From: an uncultured Chloroflexia bacterium
GTDB taxonomy: Bacteria; Chloroflexota; Chloroflexia; Thermomicrobiales; UBA6265
DNA length: 64,000 nucleotides
Direction of reading: 5' to 3'
Assembly: GCA_963751075.1 (NCBI GenBank)
Contig: CAVVTE010000011.1
Span: 291,177-355,176, forward strand
Shown: piece by piece, positions 29,969-40,063 of the stretch
Layout of the letters: the number at the start of each line of letters is the position of its first letter
Numbering within the stretch: position 1 is the first letter of the stretch
Position numbers and translations under genes: made by a program
The notes under the pieces: generated by a model
Told to the model about the DNA's origin: nothing
Database searches by the model: none
Seen by the model: the letters and a program-made list of their open reading frames with translations, nothing else

Positions 29969-30745
29969 TCAGGAGTCGTCCGCGAACGAGGCTGGCCGTT
30001 TCTCGATAAATGCCCGCATGCCTTCGCGTTGATCTGGCGCCGCAAACGCGGCGGCGAAGGCCGCTACTTCAGCCGCCAACCCGGCTCCCGGCTCACCGGT
30101 GAAGGCCATGCCGATCAGGCGCTTCGATGCGCGCACCGCGGCGGGACTGTTCTTCGCGATCTGCGCCGCCAGCTCTCGTGCCGCCCCGATGAGCTGGTCG
30201 AGCGGGTGGACCGCATTCACCAGTCCGATGCGAAGCGCTTCCTGAGCATTCACCTGGCGCCCGCTGTAGATCATCTCCGCGGCAACGCCCGGTCCGACGA
30301 GGCGGGGCAGCCGTTGCGTGCCTCCCCACCCGGGCGGGATACCGAGTCCGACCTCCGGCTGTGCGAAGCGCGCGTTCTCCGACGCCAGGCGAATATCACA
30401 GGCGATGGCCAGCTCGCAGCCACCGCCGAAGGCATACCCATTGACCGCGGCAATCACTGGTTGCGGCAGAAGCTCGACCGCGTTCGTCAGCGCCTGTCCC
30501 TTGCGCCCGAATGCCAGGCCCTCGGCGGCGGTCAACTCGACCATCTCTTTGATGTCAGCGCCGGCGGCGAACGCGCGGTCCCCGGCCCCGGTCAGGATTA
30601 CAACGCGGACCGTGCGATCCTGACCGATCGCGCGTACTACGGCACCGAGGTGATCGAGTTGCTCGGTATTGAAGGCGTTAAGGGCCTGTGGACGATTCAT
30701 GGTGACGACCGCCACACCGTCTGCCATGTCGACGTCAACCGCCAT
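29969..30745 (-). CDS. Enoyl-CoA hydratase/isomerase (crotonase)
   Basis: Start MAVDVDMADGVAVVTMNRPQALNAF at 30745. ILTGAGDRAFAAGADI, GYAFGGGCELA. Confidence 0.9.
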   Translation of the reverse strand: MAVDVDMADGVAVVTMNRPQALNAFNTEQLDHLGAVVRAIGQDRTVRVVILTGAGDRAFAAGADIKEMVELTAAEGLAFGRKGQALTNAVELLPQPVIAAVNGYAFGGGCELAIACDIRLASENARFAQPEVGLGIPPGWGGTQRLPRLVGPGVAAEMIYSGRQVNAQEALRIGLVNAVHPLDQLIGAARELAAQIAKNSPAAVRASKRLIGMAFTGEPGAGLAAEVAAFAAAFAAPDQREGMRAFIEKRPASFADDS

Positions 30746-30746
30746 C

Positions 30747-31288
30747 TCAGCCCCTGCCCGCTTCCGCGTAACTGACTCGGTACCTGGCGGCGTTGCGGAC
30801 GTAACGGCGCGCGTTCTCCCGCGAAGCGGCACGCTCTTCGTCTGACAACTGGCGCTTCTCGCGGGCGGGCACCCCCATCACGAGGGCACGCCGGGAGAAA
30901 CAATCGCGTCTTCAGGCACCAGGGCCGCGGCGGCAACGATCGCCTCCATGCCGATCGAGGAGCGGGAGAGAACGACCGCGCCCATACCGATGGTGACGCC
31001 GTCTCCGACAGTCGTGCCGTGGACGATCGCGGAGTGCCCGATGGTGACCTCGTCGCCGACCATGCACGGGGTGCCCGTGTCGACGTGGAGCACCGCGCCA
31101 TCCTGAACGTTCGATCGCTGCCCGATGCGGATGGGAGCAACATCGCCCCGGATGACGGCGTTGAACCAGATGCTCGATTCCTCGCCGATCTCGACGTTGC
31201 CGATGACCACTGATCCCGGCGCGAGATACACCCCGGATGCCACGCGAGGATAGACCCCGTCAAACGGAAGCAGCAGACCTGAGCTCAC
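30747..31288 (-). pseudogene. Left-handed beta-helix protein (gamma-carbonic-anhydrase/PaaY-like) with a frameshift
   Basis: Hexapeptide repeats run to IVSPG. The expected tail ALVMGVPAREKRQLSDEERAASRENARRYVRNAARY is in another frame (1-nt deletion near 30890) and ends at a TGA 1 nt before the next gene's ATG. Confidence 0.7.
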
Positions 31289-32487
31289 GCTGCTCCTGGC
31301 ACCTCGAGCACGACCGCGTCGCCGCCGCCGCCCCCTGAGCAGATCGCGGCCACACCGAGACCTCCGCCACGACGCCGCAACTCTTCGATCAAGCTGAGGA
31401 TGATCCGGGCGCCGCTGGCGCCAATCGGGTGGCCCAGCGCGATTGCTCCACCATTGACATTGACGCAGTTCGGATCGATGCCAAGACGCTTGCTGGAGAT
31501 GATCGGGACGCTGGCGAAGGCTTCGTTGATCTCCCAGAGGTCGATGTCCGCGGCTTTGAGCCCGGCTTTAGCAAGGGCTTTCTCTGCGGCCATGGCTGGG
31601 GTGTACGCCAGGTACGGAACGTCCCAGGCAGCTTCCCCATGCGACAGAATCTGCGCACGTGGCGAAAGCCCCTGTGCCGCGGACCAGTCTGCGCTGGTAA
31701 CCACGAGCGCCGCGGCCCCGTCATTGATGCCAGGAGCATTGCCGGCGGTCACTGTGCCGTCCGGATCAAATGCGGGTTTCAAGCGCGCCAGCGCGTCGTC
31801 GCTCGTATCTCGCCGCGGCGACTCGTCTTGATCGACGACGGTTGTAATGCCCTTGGTTGCGATCTCGACTGGTGCGATCTCGCGGGCTAGCAATCCCGCG
31901 TCTTGCGCGGCCACCGCGCTCCGGTGAGAGCGCAACGCCCAGGCATCTTGCTCCTTACGGGTGATCTCTTCTTCTGCCGCCACATTGCCACCGTGGATGC
32001 CCATATGACAGCTGGCGATCGCGCATTGCAGCCCGTCGCCGATCATCATGTCCTCCAACACGCCGTCACCCATACGGTATCCCGAACGGGCCTTGCGTAG
32101 GAGATACGGCGCGTTGCTCATGCTCTCCATGCCGCCGGCGAGGACGACGTCAAAATCGCCGGCGCGGATGAGCGTCTCGGCGAGCGTGACCGCGCGCATC
32201 CCGGAGCCGCAGACGCGGTTGATCGTTTCGGCCGGCACCTCGACGCCGATTCCCGTGTGCAGCGCGACCTGACGGGCCGGGTTCTGCCCGGCGCCACCTT
32301 GCAGCACCTGGCCGAAAATCGTGTCTTCGACGTCACCGGCGGATATTCCGGCCCGCTCGATCGCGGCGCGCGCGGCCACGGTTCCGAGCTCGACCGCGCT
32401 CTGACTCGAGAGCGCGCCATTAAGTTTGGCAAACGGAGTGCGCGCCCCGCCCATGATCACGGCGCGTCGGGTTACATCAGATTTCAT
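31285..32487 (-). CDS. Acetyl-CoA acetyltransferase (thiolase)
   Basis: Start MKSDVTRRAVIMGGARTPF at 32487. Active-site contexts NRVCGSGMRA, NGGAIALGHPIGASG and CSGGGGG. Confidence 0.9.
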   Translation of the reverse strand: MKSDVTRRAVIMGGARTPFAKLNGALSSQSAVELGTVAARAAIERAGISAGDVEDTIFGQVLQGGAGQNPARQVALHTGIGVEVPAETINRVCGSGMRAVTLAETLIRAGDFDVVLAGGMESMSNAPYLLRKARSGYRMGDGVLEDMMIGDGLQCAIASCHMGIHGGNVAAEEEITRKEQDAWALRSHRSAVAAQDAGLLAREIAPVEIATKGITTVVDQDESPRRDTSDDALARLKPAFDPDGTVTAGNAPGINDGAAALVVTSADWSAAQGLSPRAQILSHGEAAWDVPYLAYTPAMAAEKALAKAGLKAADIDLWEINEAFASVPIISSKRLGIDPNCVNVNGGAIALGHPIGASGARIILSLIEELRRRGGGLGVAAICSGGGGGDAVVLEVPGAA

Positions 32488-32672
32488 TACTCGCCTCACC
32501 GCAGTCGTTGTGGAACAGTCGGTCTCATTGAATCGTAAGGAACAAAACAACCTCAGCAGGCGGGCAAAAGCTGCCCCGCCTGCTGATGCTACCCCGAACT
32601 GATGGTTGACTGCCTGCCCGCGGGTGCCGGTCCTGCTAGGCAGTGGCGCGGCCTCGGAGAGGTCTGTCGCGG

Positions 32673-34297
32673 CTACGGTTCGAGCGGGATTGACCCACCA
32701 CGCACAGTTCCCGATCCCTGGCCAAGCGTCTGCCCGTCTGGAGAAACGACGGAGAATTCGAATGTCCCGTCGATCGTGCGACGTTCAGGGTCTAGTTGGC
32801 CCTGGGCCTCGATCGTGACTGTGCCGGCGAACCGTTGATTCGCATCGTTCATCAGCGCAACGAGCGCTACAGTACAGACATCATCCCGTACCACCCACTC
32901 GCCGCGGCCGGCACTGAGGGTGGCCGATGGCGTATCGGTTCCCGGGCCCGGCGTGAAGTCAGCTTCGACCATGCCACTGTGTTCAAAAGCAACCAGAGCC
33001 TGTTGCGCGCCCAGCACTGACTCGTCGTCGGGCAAGAGTGAGAAGAGCCAAACGCCCTCGGGTCCATCGCCATTCGCCACCACAGGCGTGGCTCCTGCCG
33101 GCTCGACACCCGCGCCGGCGCTGACACTGACGGTTCCCTCCATCTGGGGGTGAATCGCGCAGAAGTAGCCGAACTCGCCGCCCTCGGTGAATGTGTGTGA
33201 GAACGTCTGTCCCGGCTCCAGGACGCCGGAGTCGGCGAAGTCGCCGGTGACCGTGTGCGGCGCCTGACCCTCGTTGGTCCAGACCACGGTCGCGCCGGTG
33301 GACGCCGAGAGCGTCGCTGGTTCGAACGCGAAATCGACAATCGAGACGGCCAGTTCACCCTCCGCGGTAGTTGTTGTTGTTGTGCGGCGGGCTGGCTTTC
33401 GTCTCCAGACGTGGCCGCAGACGGGGCGCCGGCTGTCGCCTCACCCTCAACGATCACCGTGCCCTGCATCTGGGGATGAAGTTGGCAAACGTAGGGAAAC
33501 GTCCCAGGCTGATCGAATGTCCAACTGAAACTTCCACCCGGATCGAAGATGCCCGAGTCGAAAATGCCGTCCACGGAGGTGACCGTGTGTGGCACGCTAT
33601 CCTCATTTGCCCAGGCCACCGCCGTCCCGGTCGGAACCGTGACCTCTGCTGGGTCGAAGGAGAGGTTGATGATGCGCACTGGAGTAGCGTCGGCAGGGAT
33701 TTCTTGCGCGGCTGCAGGTGCTTCCGGTACGACGCCGTCTTCCCCGCGTACGGCGATGCTGCCGGTCATCTCCGGATGAATCTGGCAGGCGTAGGCAAAC
33801 GACCCGGGCGTATCGAGCACAACAGTGGCCACCTGACCGGGATTGATCACTCCAGTGTCGAAACCGGATCCGGTGGCGGTATGCTCGTCGTCGTGGGCAT
33901 TGACGAACGCCACTGTTTGCCCCAGGTCGACGGTCAATTCCCCGGGATCGAACCCACCAGCGTCATCGCTGATGATGCGAACTTCGACCGCCCCCTCCGG
34001 AACGACCCCTGACACCGGTACTGGCGCGTCGCCCTCTTCTTGGGCCTCACCCGCGTCAGGGTCATCGGCATTGCCAGGTCCACTATTGTCTCGATCATCA
34101 CCACCGCGCCCCCGACCGCGGCCGCGGCCCGAGTTGTCGTCATCGTCGCTGTCCTGCGCGAGCACGAACCGACTTCGTTCACCGGCGGCGGCCGTGATCA
34201 ACAGCAGGCTTCCAGCCGCCGCTAGAGATTGCGCGGCGCGTCTCCGGGTCTGGCGGGACTCCAGCAACCCGACTGCCGCCGGCCTTGTTCCTGACAT
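32673..34297 (-). pseudogene. Secreted protein with three amicyanin-like cupredoxin domains plus an unknown C-terminal domain; one frameshift
   Basis: ATG 34297 with AGGAG 9 nt upstream. TAT-like TRRRAAQSLAAAGSLLLITAAA. Three repeats have an HT...C-x2-H-x2-M pattern (YACQIHPEM, YVCQLHPQM, YFCAIHPQM). The frame switches at the (TTG)4 run at 33371-33382. Confidence 0.75.
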
Positions 34298-34493
34298 CTC
34301 ATTCGGCTCCTGATTCGTGCGGTGGTCGAACCGCATGGTGCACAGTTCCGCCGCGGGCCCAGAGATTGGCCGGTCGGTAGGGATTGCCCTTCATGCATCG
34401 TGCCACGTGGTCCGCAGCCGTCGGGACATTGGCTGGGTTGGTTGCATTGCCCAGATAGTCGACGATCACCCTCGAGTCTACGGGGGAGATTGC

Positions 34494-35721
34494 TCAGAGA
34501 GCCAACGCCGGCACACGGTCGTCTTCGCGCACGAAGCCCTCAGCTGGTGGTTGCGGGCAGCGTAGCGGTTTGTCCTGCCGATAGCCGAGCGCGTAGTCGG
34601 CCTGCAAGATCGTGTGGATCTCCCGCGTTCCCTCGTAGATCACCGCACCGCGTGAGTTTCGCCAGAAGCGCTCGACCGGGTACTCGTTGGAGTACCCGTA
34701 AGACCCGTGGATCTGGATCGCGTCATTTGCCGCTTCGAGGGCCGCGTCGCAGCCGTACCACTTCATCAACGACGTCTCGCGGGTATTACGGATGCCGCGG
34801 TTCTTCAGTTCGGCGGCCTGCATCGTCAGCAGGCGAGACGCCTCATATCCAGCGACCATCTTGGCAATCATCTGCTTGACCAGCTCGAAGCGACCGATCT
34901 CCTGTCCGAAGGCAAGGCGCTCGTTCGCATACTTGGTGCTGGCGTCGAGGCAGGCACGGATGAGACCAACCGCGCCCAGCGCCGACGGTGAAGCGACCCT
35001 GGTCGATACAGCTCATGGCGATCTTGAATCCTTCGCCCTCCTCGCCAATCCGGTTCTCGACCGGGACGCGCACGTTGTTGAACGCGAGCTCGCCGGTGTT
35101 GCCGGCCCGGACCCCCAGCTTGCCCTTGATCGTCCCGGTGGTGAGACCAGGCATGCCTCGCTCCAGCATGAAGGCGGTCAGTCCGTTGTGCTTCTTGCTG
35201 CGGTCGAACGACGCGAACACCAGGAAATGATCGGCAAAGTCGGCGAGGGAGATCCACATCTTCGCGCCATTGAGGACGTAGGCGTCGCCGTCCTGAGTGT
35301 AGGTAGACTCGATTGATCCCGCATCGGACCCCGCGTTCGGCTCGGTCAACGCGAAGGTGCCGAACTTTTCCCCTTGGGCCTGCGGCACCAGGAAGCGCTG
35401 CTTCTGCTCCTCGTTTGCCCACTGCAGAAGCGCGAGGCTATTGAGCCCGACATGAACGCTCATCACCACGCGCAGGAAGGTATCGACGTATTCGAGCTCC
35501 TCACAAGCGAGGGCGAGGGCGACGTAGTCGAAGCCAGAGCCGCCGTACTCCTCGGGAATGGGAAGGCCGAGGATGCCGAGCTCCCCCATGGTTCGTAGGG
35601 CCTCCGGGTGAAACTCACCCTTGGCGTCCCACTCCTGGATGTGCGGTGCGACCTCACGCGCCGCGAACTCGCGTACCGTGTCGCGAACCTGAATCTGCTC
35701 TGGAGTAAGTGAGAAGTCCAT
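34494..35721 (-). pseudogene. Acyl-CoA dehydrogenase, one frameshift
   Basis: N-terminal and middle domains are in the 35721 frame (FALTEPNAGSDAGS). After QGRFTV the sequence continues in another frame as ALGAVGLIRACLDASTKYANER ... YEGTREIH. The indel lies near 34980. Confidence 0.85.
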
Positions 35722-35920
35722 GAACCTGTCTGCCCCTTACATACTATTGGCGAAAAAGCGCCGTTTGGCGCGGTTTGTGTGGTGTTCCGGTGCCTCAGAG
35801 AAGCATCGGGCAGTATAGCGGCGTGGAACGAGGGTGTTTGAGTGTTAGGGTGATCGGGTGATGGGTTCACTAACCGACTTGCTGACTCGCCGAATTGCCG
35901 ACTAGACGAAGGATCTGAGC

Positions 35921-37216
35921 TTGGACGACGATCGATTCGATGCCATTGTCGTAGGGGCCGGACCGGCCGGAATTACGGCCGCCAGGGAGATGGCGGCCGC
36001 GGGGCTCTCAGTCGTGGTCCTCGAGCGTGGGCAGTTCCCGGGGGCGAAGAATGTCTGGGGCGGCATCCTCTATCGAGAGCCGACCGAAGCAATCGTGCCC
36101 GGTTTTGAGGATGAGGCCCCTCTGGAGCGTCCAATCATCGAGCAGCGCTATGTGATGCTGACCGATGACGCGATGATGGGTCTGACGTATCGCTCTGAGC
36201 GCTTCGCGGAGCCGCCGTTCAACGCCTATTCGGTGCTGCGCGCACCCTTCGATCGCTGGTACGCGACGAAAGCCGAAGAGGCCGGAGCCGAGGTCTACCC
36301 CGAGTTCACCGTCGTCGATTTGCTCTGGGAGGATGGCGCGGTAGTCGGCGTCACGACCGGCGACCCCGATGGCGAATTGAATGCCCGCTGCGTCGTTATC
36401 GCCGACGGCGCGAATTCGTTGCTGGCGCAGAAGATTGGGCTGCATCGGGAATGGGCGCCGATCGAACAGGCCCTGGTTGCCAAAGAGCTCATCGCGCTCC
36501 CCTCGGACACGATCGAGGCGCGCTTCGCACTGCCAGCGGGCAAGGGCACGGCACTCGAGATCTTTGGCGAATCCACTGCTGGTTTGCTCGGCTACGGCTT
36601 TATCTACACCAACAAGGAGAGCCTCTCGATTGGCACCGGAGCGCTCCTCGAAGATCTCATCGAGACCGGCATCAACGTCAACGACATGCTCGACCGCTTC
36701 AAGGCGCATCCCGCCATCGCTCCCCTGATCGCGGGGGGAGAGACGATCGAGTATTCGGGGCACCTCATCCCCGAAGGGGGCTACAACCGGCTGCCGCAAG
36801 TCTTCGCGGACGGCGCGGTCGTGATTGGCGACGCGGCACAGCTCGTGAACCCCGTGAACCGGGAGGGCGCCAACCTGGCGATGCTGTCGGGCAAGCTCGC
36901 GGCGCAGGCGATCATCGAGGCGAAAGCGAGCGATGATTTCTCGGCGATGGCCTTGTCGCGCTACCGGGAGTTGCTCGACGAAAGCGTCGTCATCGCCGAC
37001 TTGCACAAGATCCGGAATATCACGGACTACGCCCATGCGCGGCCGCATCTACTGCGGGACTACCCGCGGGTCCTCTCGGCAATGCTCGAGGAGTACCTGC
37101 GTGTTGATAGCGTGCCGAAGAAGGCGAAGCAGAAGAACATCGTGGCCATGGCGAAGCGGCTACCGAAGCGCCGGCTCCTGGACGACCTCGTCGGCGCGGT
37201 ACGTTCGCTGGCGTAA
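35921..37216 (+). CDS. FAD-dependent oxidoreductase, FixC / ETF-quinone oxidoreductase-like
   Basis: 431 aa. FDAIVVGAGPAGITAA Rossmann motif. TTG start with GAAGGA upstream. Divergent from the acyl-CoA dehydrogenase. Confidence 0.85.
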   Translation: MDDDRFDAIVVGAGPAGITAAREMAAAGLSVVVLERGQFPGAKNVWGGILYREPTEAIVPGFEDEAPLERPIIEQRYVMLTDDAMMGLTYRSERFAEPPFNAYSVLRAPFDRWYATKAEEAGAEVYPEFTVVDLLWEDGAVVGVTTGDPDGELNARCVVIADGANSLLAQKIGLHREWAPIEQALVAKELIALPSDTIEARFALPAGKGTALEIFGESTAGLLGYGFIYTNKESLSIGTGALLEDLIETGINVNDMLDRFKAHPAIAPLIAGGETIEYSGHLIPEGGYNRLPQVFADGAVVIGDAAQLVNPVNREGANLAMLSGKLAAQAIIEAKASDDFSAMALSRYRELLDESVVIADLHKIRNITDYAHARPHLLRDYPRVLSAMLEEYLRVDSVPKKAKQKNIVAMAKRLPKRRLLDDLVGAVRSLA

Positions 37217-37220
37217 GCAG

Positions 37221-37955
37221 TTGACCACCTTCGAGGATATTCATCGGGTGCTCGATGCGGCGGTCGACGCGCACATGTTCCGGTCGGTGGACGATCCCAA
37301 CGGGATCTGGAGGGCCCGAGTGGGGGACGTCGCCGTTGTCGGACTCCTGCTCGAACCATGGGACGGATTGGAAACGTGGGTCTCGGAGGAAGGGATCGAC
37401 GTACTGGTCATTCACCGGCCTTGGGGTCTACCAGAGCATATATCCGGCGATCCGGGCGTCCTGGCCTACCACCTCGCCTTCGATGAGCGGATGACCGTCG
37501 GATTCAACCCTCTACTCGCGTCATTCCTCGAGATGTCGGGACTCGAACCATTAGGACTCAAGGCGGGACGCCCCATCGGTATGATCGGCAACATCACTGC
37601 GCGATCCGCGTCCGAGTTCACTAGCCTGCTTGCGACTACTTTTGGTGTCGAACCTGCGGCGGTCGGGCCGACCGCCTCTCGAGTAGACCGCGTCGCTATT
37701 GCCGGCGCGAGTTGGCCGGAACTGATTACCGAAGCGGTGGAACGAGGGGCGGACATGTTCGTGACCGGAGCGTTGCGTGTCCCTGCGCGTTCCGCGGTGA
37801 AGGAGACCGGGTTACCGGTCCTCGCGCTTGGTCACCATCCCGTAGAAATCTGGGGCTTGCACGCCTTGGCCCGTGTACTCGGACGGGCGTTTCCCGACCT
37901 CACCGTACATGTGTCTCCGTCCGAGATTCACACGGACTTGGCAATTTGGAGTTAA
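37221..37955 (+). CDS. NIF3-like dinuclear metal centre protein
   Basis: The C-terminal 245 codons of ORF 36933..37955 lie beyond the FixC stop. VLVIHRPWG ... AYHLAFDE ... FVTGALR ... LGHHPVE. Start uncertain (TTG 37221 or ATG 37275). Confidence 0.7.
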   Translation: MTTFEDIHRVLDAAVDAHMFRSVDDPNGIWRARVGDVAVVGLLLEPWDGLETWVSEEGIDVLVIHRPWGLPEHISGDPGVLAYHLAFDERMTVGFNPLLASFLEMSGLEPLGLKAGRPIGMIGNITARSASEFTSLLATTFGVEPAAVGPTASRVDRVAIAGASWPELITEAVERGADMFVTGALRVPARSAVKETGLPVLALGHHPVEIWGLHALARVLGRAFPDLTVHVSPSEIHTDLAIWS

Positions 37956-38063
37956 CTCCTGCTTGGAACACTGCGTCCACAACGACGTCGGCTCTTCAGG
38001 ACAGTGGGAGATAACTCCTGCTTGGAACAATGCATCCACAACGACGTCGGCTCTTCAGGACAG
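37947..38063. repeat. Tandem duplication, 58 + 59 bp
   Basis: Copy 1 is 37947-38004 and copy 2 is 38005-38063, with a few mismatches. It overlaps the stop of the NIF3-like gene and the last codons of the convergent GMC gene. Confidence 0.9.
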
Positions 38064-39530
38064 AATGTGATCACCGGCTTTCCAGCCGATCATCGTCGAG
38101 GCCGCGTTCGTGTTCACGGAAACGATGTCAGGCATGACTGAGGCGTCCGCCACCCGGAGTCCAGCCACGCCGTACACACGCAGCGCGGGGTCGACTACCG
38201 CATCCGCGCCCGTTCCCATTCGGCAGGTGCCAACGGGGTGAAACCAGGTGCTCACGTCCGCCTCCACGTACTGCGCGATTTCGTCGTCTTCGCTGACCGC
38301 GGGTCCCGGGAAGTACTCTCCGGCGTTCCATTCGGTTAACGCTGCCTGCTCGCCGATCTTCCGGCTGAGCCGGACAGCCTGGATCATGGTTGCCATATCG
38401 TCTGGATGGCTGAAGTAGCGCGGGTCGATCTCCAGCGGCGCATCGGGATCGGCGGCCGTCAGGCAGACCGTGCCGCGACTCTTGGGCCGCGTGATCCCCG
38501 GGATGATCGTGAACCGCGGCATGCCGTCGTTCGCCTCCGGCGCGAAATGCGGCTCCTTGGCGAACGAGATCTGGATATCGCAGTCGGCTCGGTCCGGTGT
38601 GGAACGGGCGAAAACGCATCCCTCCGTCGCGTAGGCGTTGCAGTCGGAGATCGGTAGATGCGAGTCGTACACGATTCCAATCAAGAGGTGGTCGATGAGA
38701 TTTTCGCCCACCGGCAAATCGACGATTGGCGGGATGCCGTGCTGCTCGAGCTGGGCCGACGGTCCGATGCCGGAGAGCATCAGCAGGCGAGGTGAGTCGA
38801 ATGCCCCAGCCGAGAGGATCACCTCGCCCGCGACGATCGTCTCAGTCGAGCCATCCTCGCGCTGGACTGCAACTCCGCGGGCGCGGGTGCCGTCCATCTC
38901 GATTCGCAGAGCTCGGTGGTTGGGCAGCACGCGCAGGTTCGGGCGATCGAGCACAGGCGCCAGGAACGCGCGATACGCATTGACGCGTGCACCCTCGGCG
39001 ATCGTCGACTTGTTCCAGCCAACGCCGTCCAGCGTTCCATTGTCGAACGACGGGTTGCTGGGAAAACCCGCCTGCTGGGCCGCTGCGGCCATAGCCTCCG
39101 TCAAGGGGTTGTGCGGCTGCAACACCGCGGGGCGCAACCATTCTTCGAGTTCCTCGAAGGCACCGCGCACCGATGACCAGTCCCAGCCGATGCAGCCGGC
39201 TTCGCGCCACCGGTCATAGTCCGACGCCGCACCGCGCAGGTAGACCATGCCATTGAGACTGCTGGTGCCGCCGAGAACGCGTCCGCGGGGCATGAGATGT
39301 GAACGGCCGGCCGTTCCGGGCTGGGGCGTCGAGACATACTGCCAGTCGACGTCCGTGCCCCACAGGGAGAAGTATTGACGCGGGACCCGGATCGCCTCCC
39401 GGTCGTCCGCCCCACCGGCTTCCAGAACGAGGACCGAGATTGTCGGATCGCTCGAGAGCCGGTTGGCGAGCGCGCACCCGGCCGATCCCGCGCCGACGAT
39501 GATGAAATCCCATGCAGCGGTGGTGCCCAT
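38055..39530 (-). CDS. GMC family oxidoreductase (choline dehydrogenase-like)
   Basis: Start MGTTAAWDFIIVGAGSAGCALANRLS at 39530. GGTSSLNGMVY, C-terminal HPVGTCRMG. Confidence 0.9.
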   Translation of the reverse strand: MGTTAAWDFIIVGAGSAGCALANRLSSDPTISVLVLEAGGADDREAIRVPRQYFSLWGTDVDWQYVSTPQPGTAGRSHLMPRGRVLGGTSSLNGMVYLRGAASDYDRWREAGCIGWDWSSVRGAFEELEEWLRPAVLQPHNPLTEAMAAAAQQAGFPSNPSFDNGTLDGVGWNKSTIAEGARVNAYRAFLAPVLDRPNLRVLPNHRALRIEMDGTRARGVAVQREDGSTETIVAGEVILSAGAFDSPRLLMLSGIGPSAQLEQHGIPPIVDLPVGENLIDHLLIGIVYDSHLPISDCNAYATEGCVFARSTPDRADCDIQISFAKEPHFAPEANDGMPRFTIIPGITRPKSRGTVCLTAADPDAPLEIDPRYFSHPDDMATMIQAVRLSRKIGEQAALTEWNAGEYFPGPAVSEDDEIAQYVEADVSTWFHPVGTCRMGTGADAVVDPALRVYGVAGLRVADASVMPDIVSVNTNAASTMIGWKAGDHILS

Positions 39531-39534
39531 CGTC

Positions 39535-39867
39535 CTAACTCGCAGTTCCCGGGGCGAAGTGCCAGATCTCTCGCAGCTCTCGCGAATCGATGATCCCGTC
39601 ATCGCGGTAGTGCATCAAGGGATTCATCAGCTCGCCCCAACGGCGGTGGACTTCAGAGTCCCACAGCCGCGTCCAGGCATCGGCGTCGTTGACCCGGGAG
39701 TGAAGGAAAATCATGTCATCGAGTTGGAAGAGGGAGATCTCGGCAATCCCCTGCCGCGCGATCTCCTCTTGCAGCTCTGGCCAGATGTTGTCGTGCCAGT
39801 GGATGTACTCATCCAGGGCACCCGGCTTGAGCTTCAGCACATACGCTTTCCGGATCGTCTCGGCCAC
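39535..39867 (-). CDS. rhaM: L-rhamnose mutarotase
   Basis: GTG 39867 with AAGGAG 7 nt upstream. YVLKLKPGALDEYIHWHDNIWPELQEEI matches the RhaM H..IWPE pattern. Confidence 0.8.
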   Translation of the reverse strand: MAETIRKAYVLKLKPGALDEYIHWHDNIWPELQEEIARQGIAEISLFQLDDMIFLHSRVNDADAWTRLWDSEVHRRWGELMNPLMHYRDDGIIDSRELREIWHFAPGTAS

Positions 39868-40063
39868 GAGGTAACTCCTTCCGCACGCCATCGTGCATCG
39901 CCATAATCGGTGTAAAGCGAGTGGATCGTAGTGGATGGTCCCCGGCGCGTCTATAGACCGTACGACTCTGATTCCGGCCATATCTTGACGGGGCGCCCGT
40001 CCAACGCGACTATGCTTTGCCTTCAGCACGAGACGTTACGAGATGCGGAAGGGAGCACTGAAG

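Noticed and set aside
33255-34313. Plus-strand ORFs (up to 213 aa) opposite the cupredoxin gene
   Set aside because: These are shadow ORFs. The minus strand carries clear repeated copper-site motifs.
36008-37048. 346-aa minus-strand ORF
   Set aside because: It lies entirely inside the well-supported FixC-like gene on the opposite strand, so it is a shadow ORF.
29852-38063. Could the 57-58 bp tandem units be a mini CRISPR array or tandem riboswitches?
   Set aside because: The whole unit is duplicated with no variable spacers, each locus has only two copies, and there are no cas genes in the window. From memory I could not match the units to small riboswitch classes (preQ1, guanidine-II/III, fluoride, ZTP). 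I kept them as unexplained repeats.
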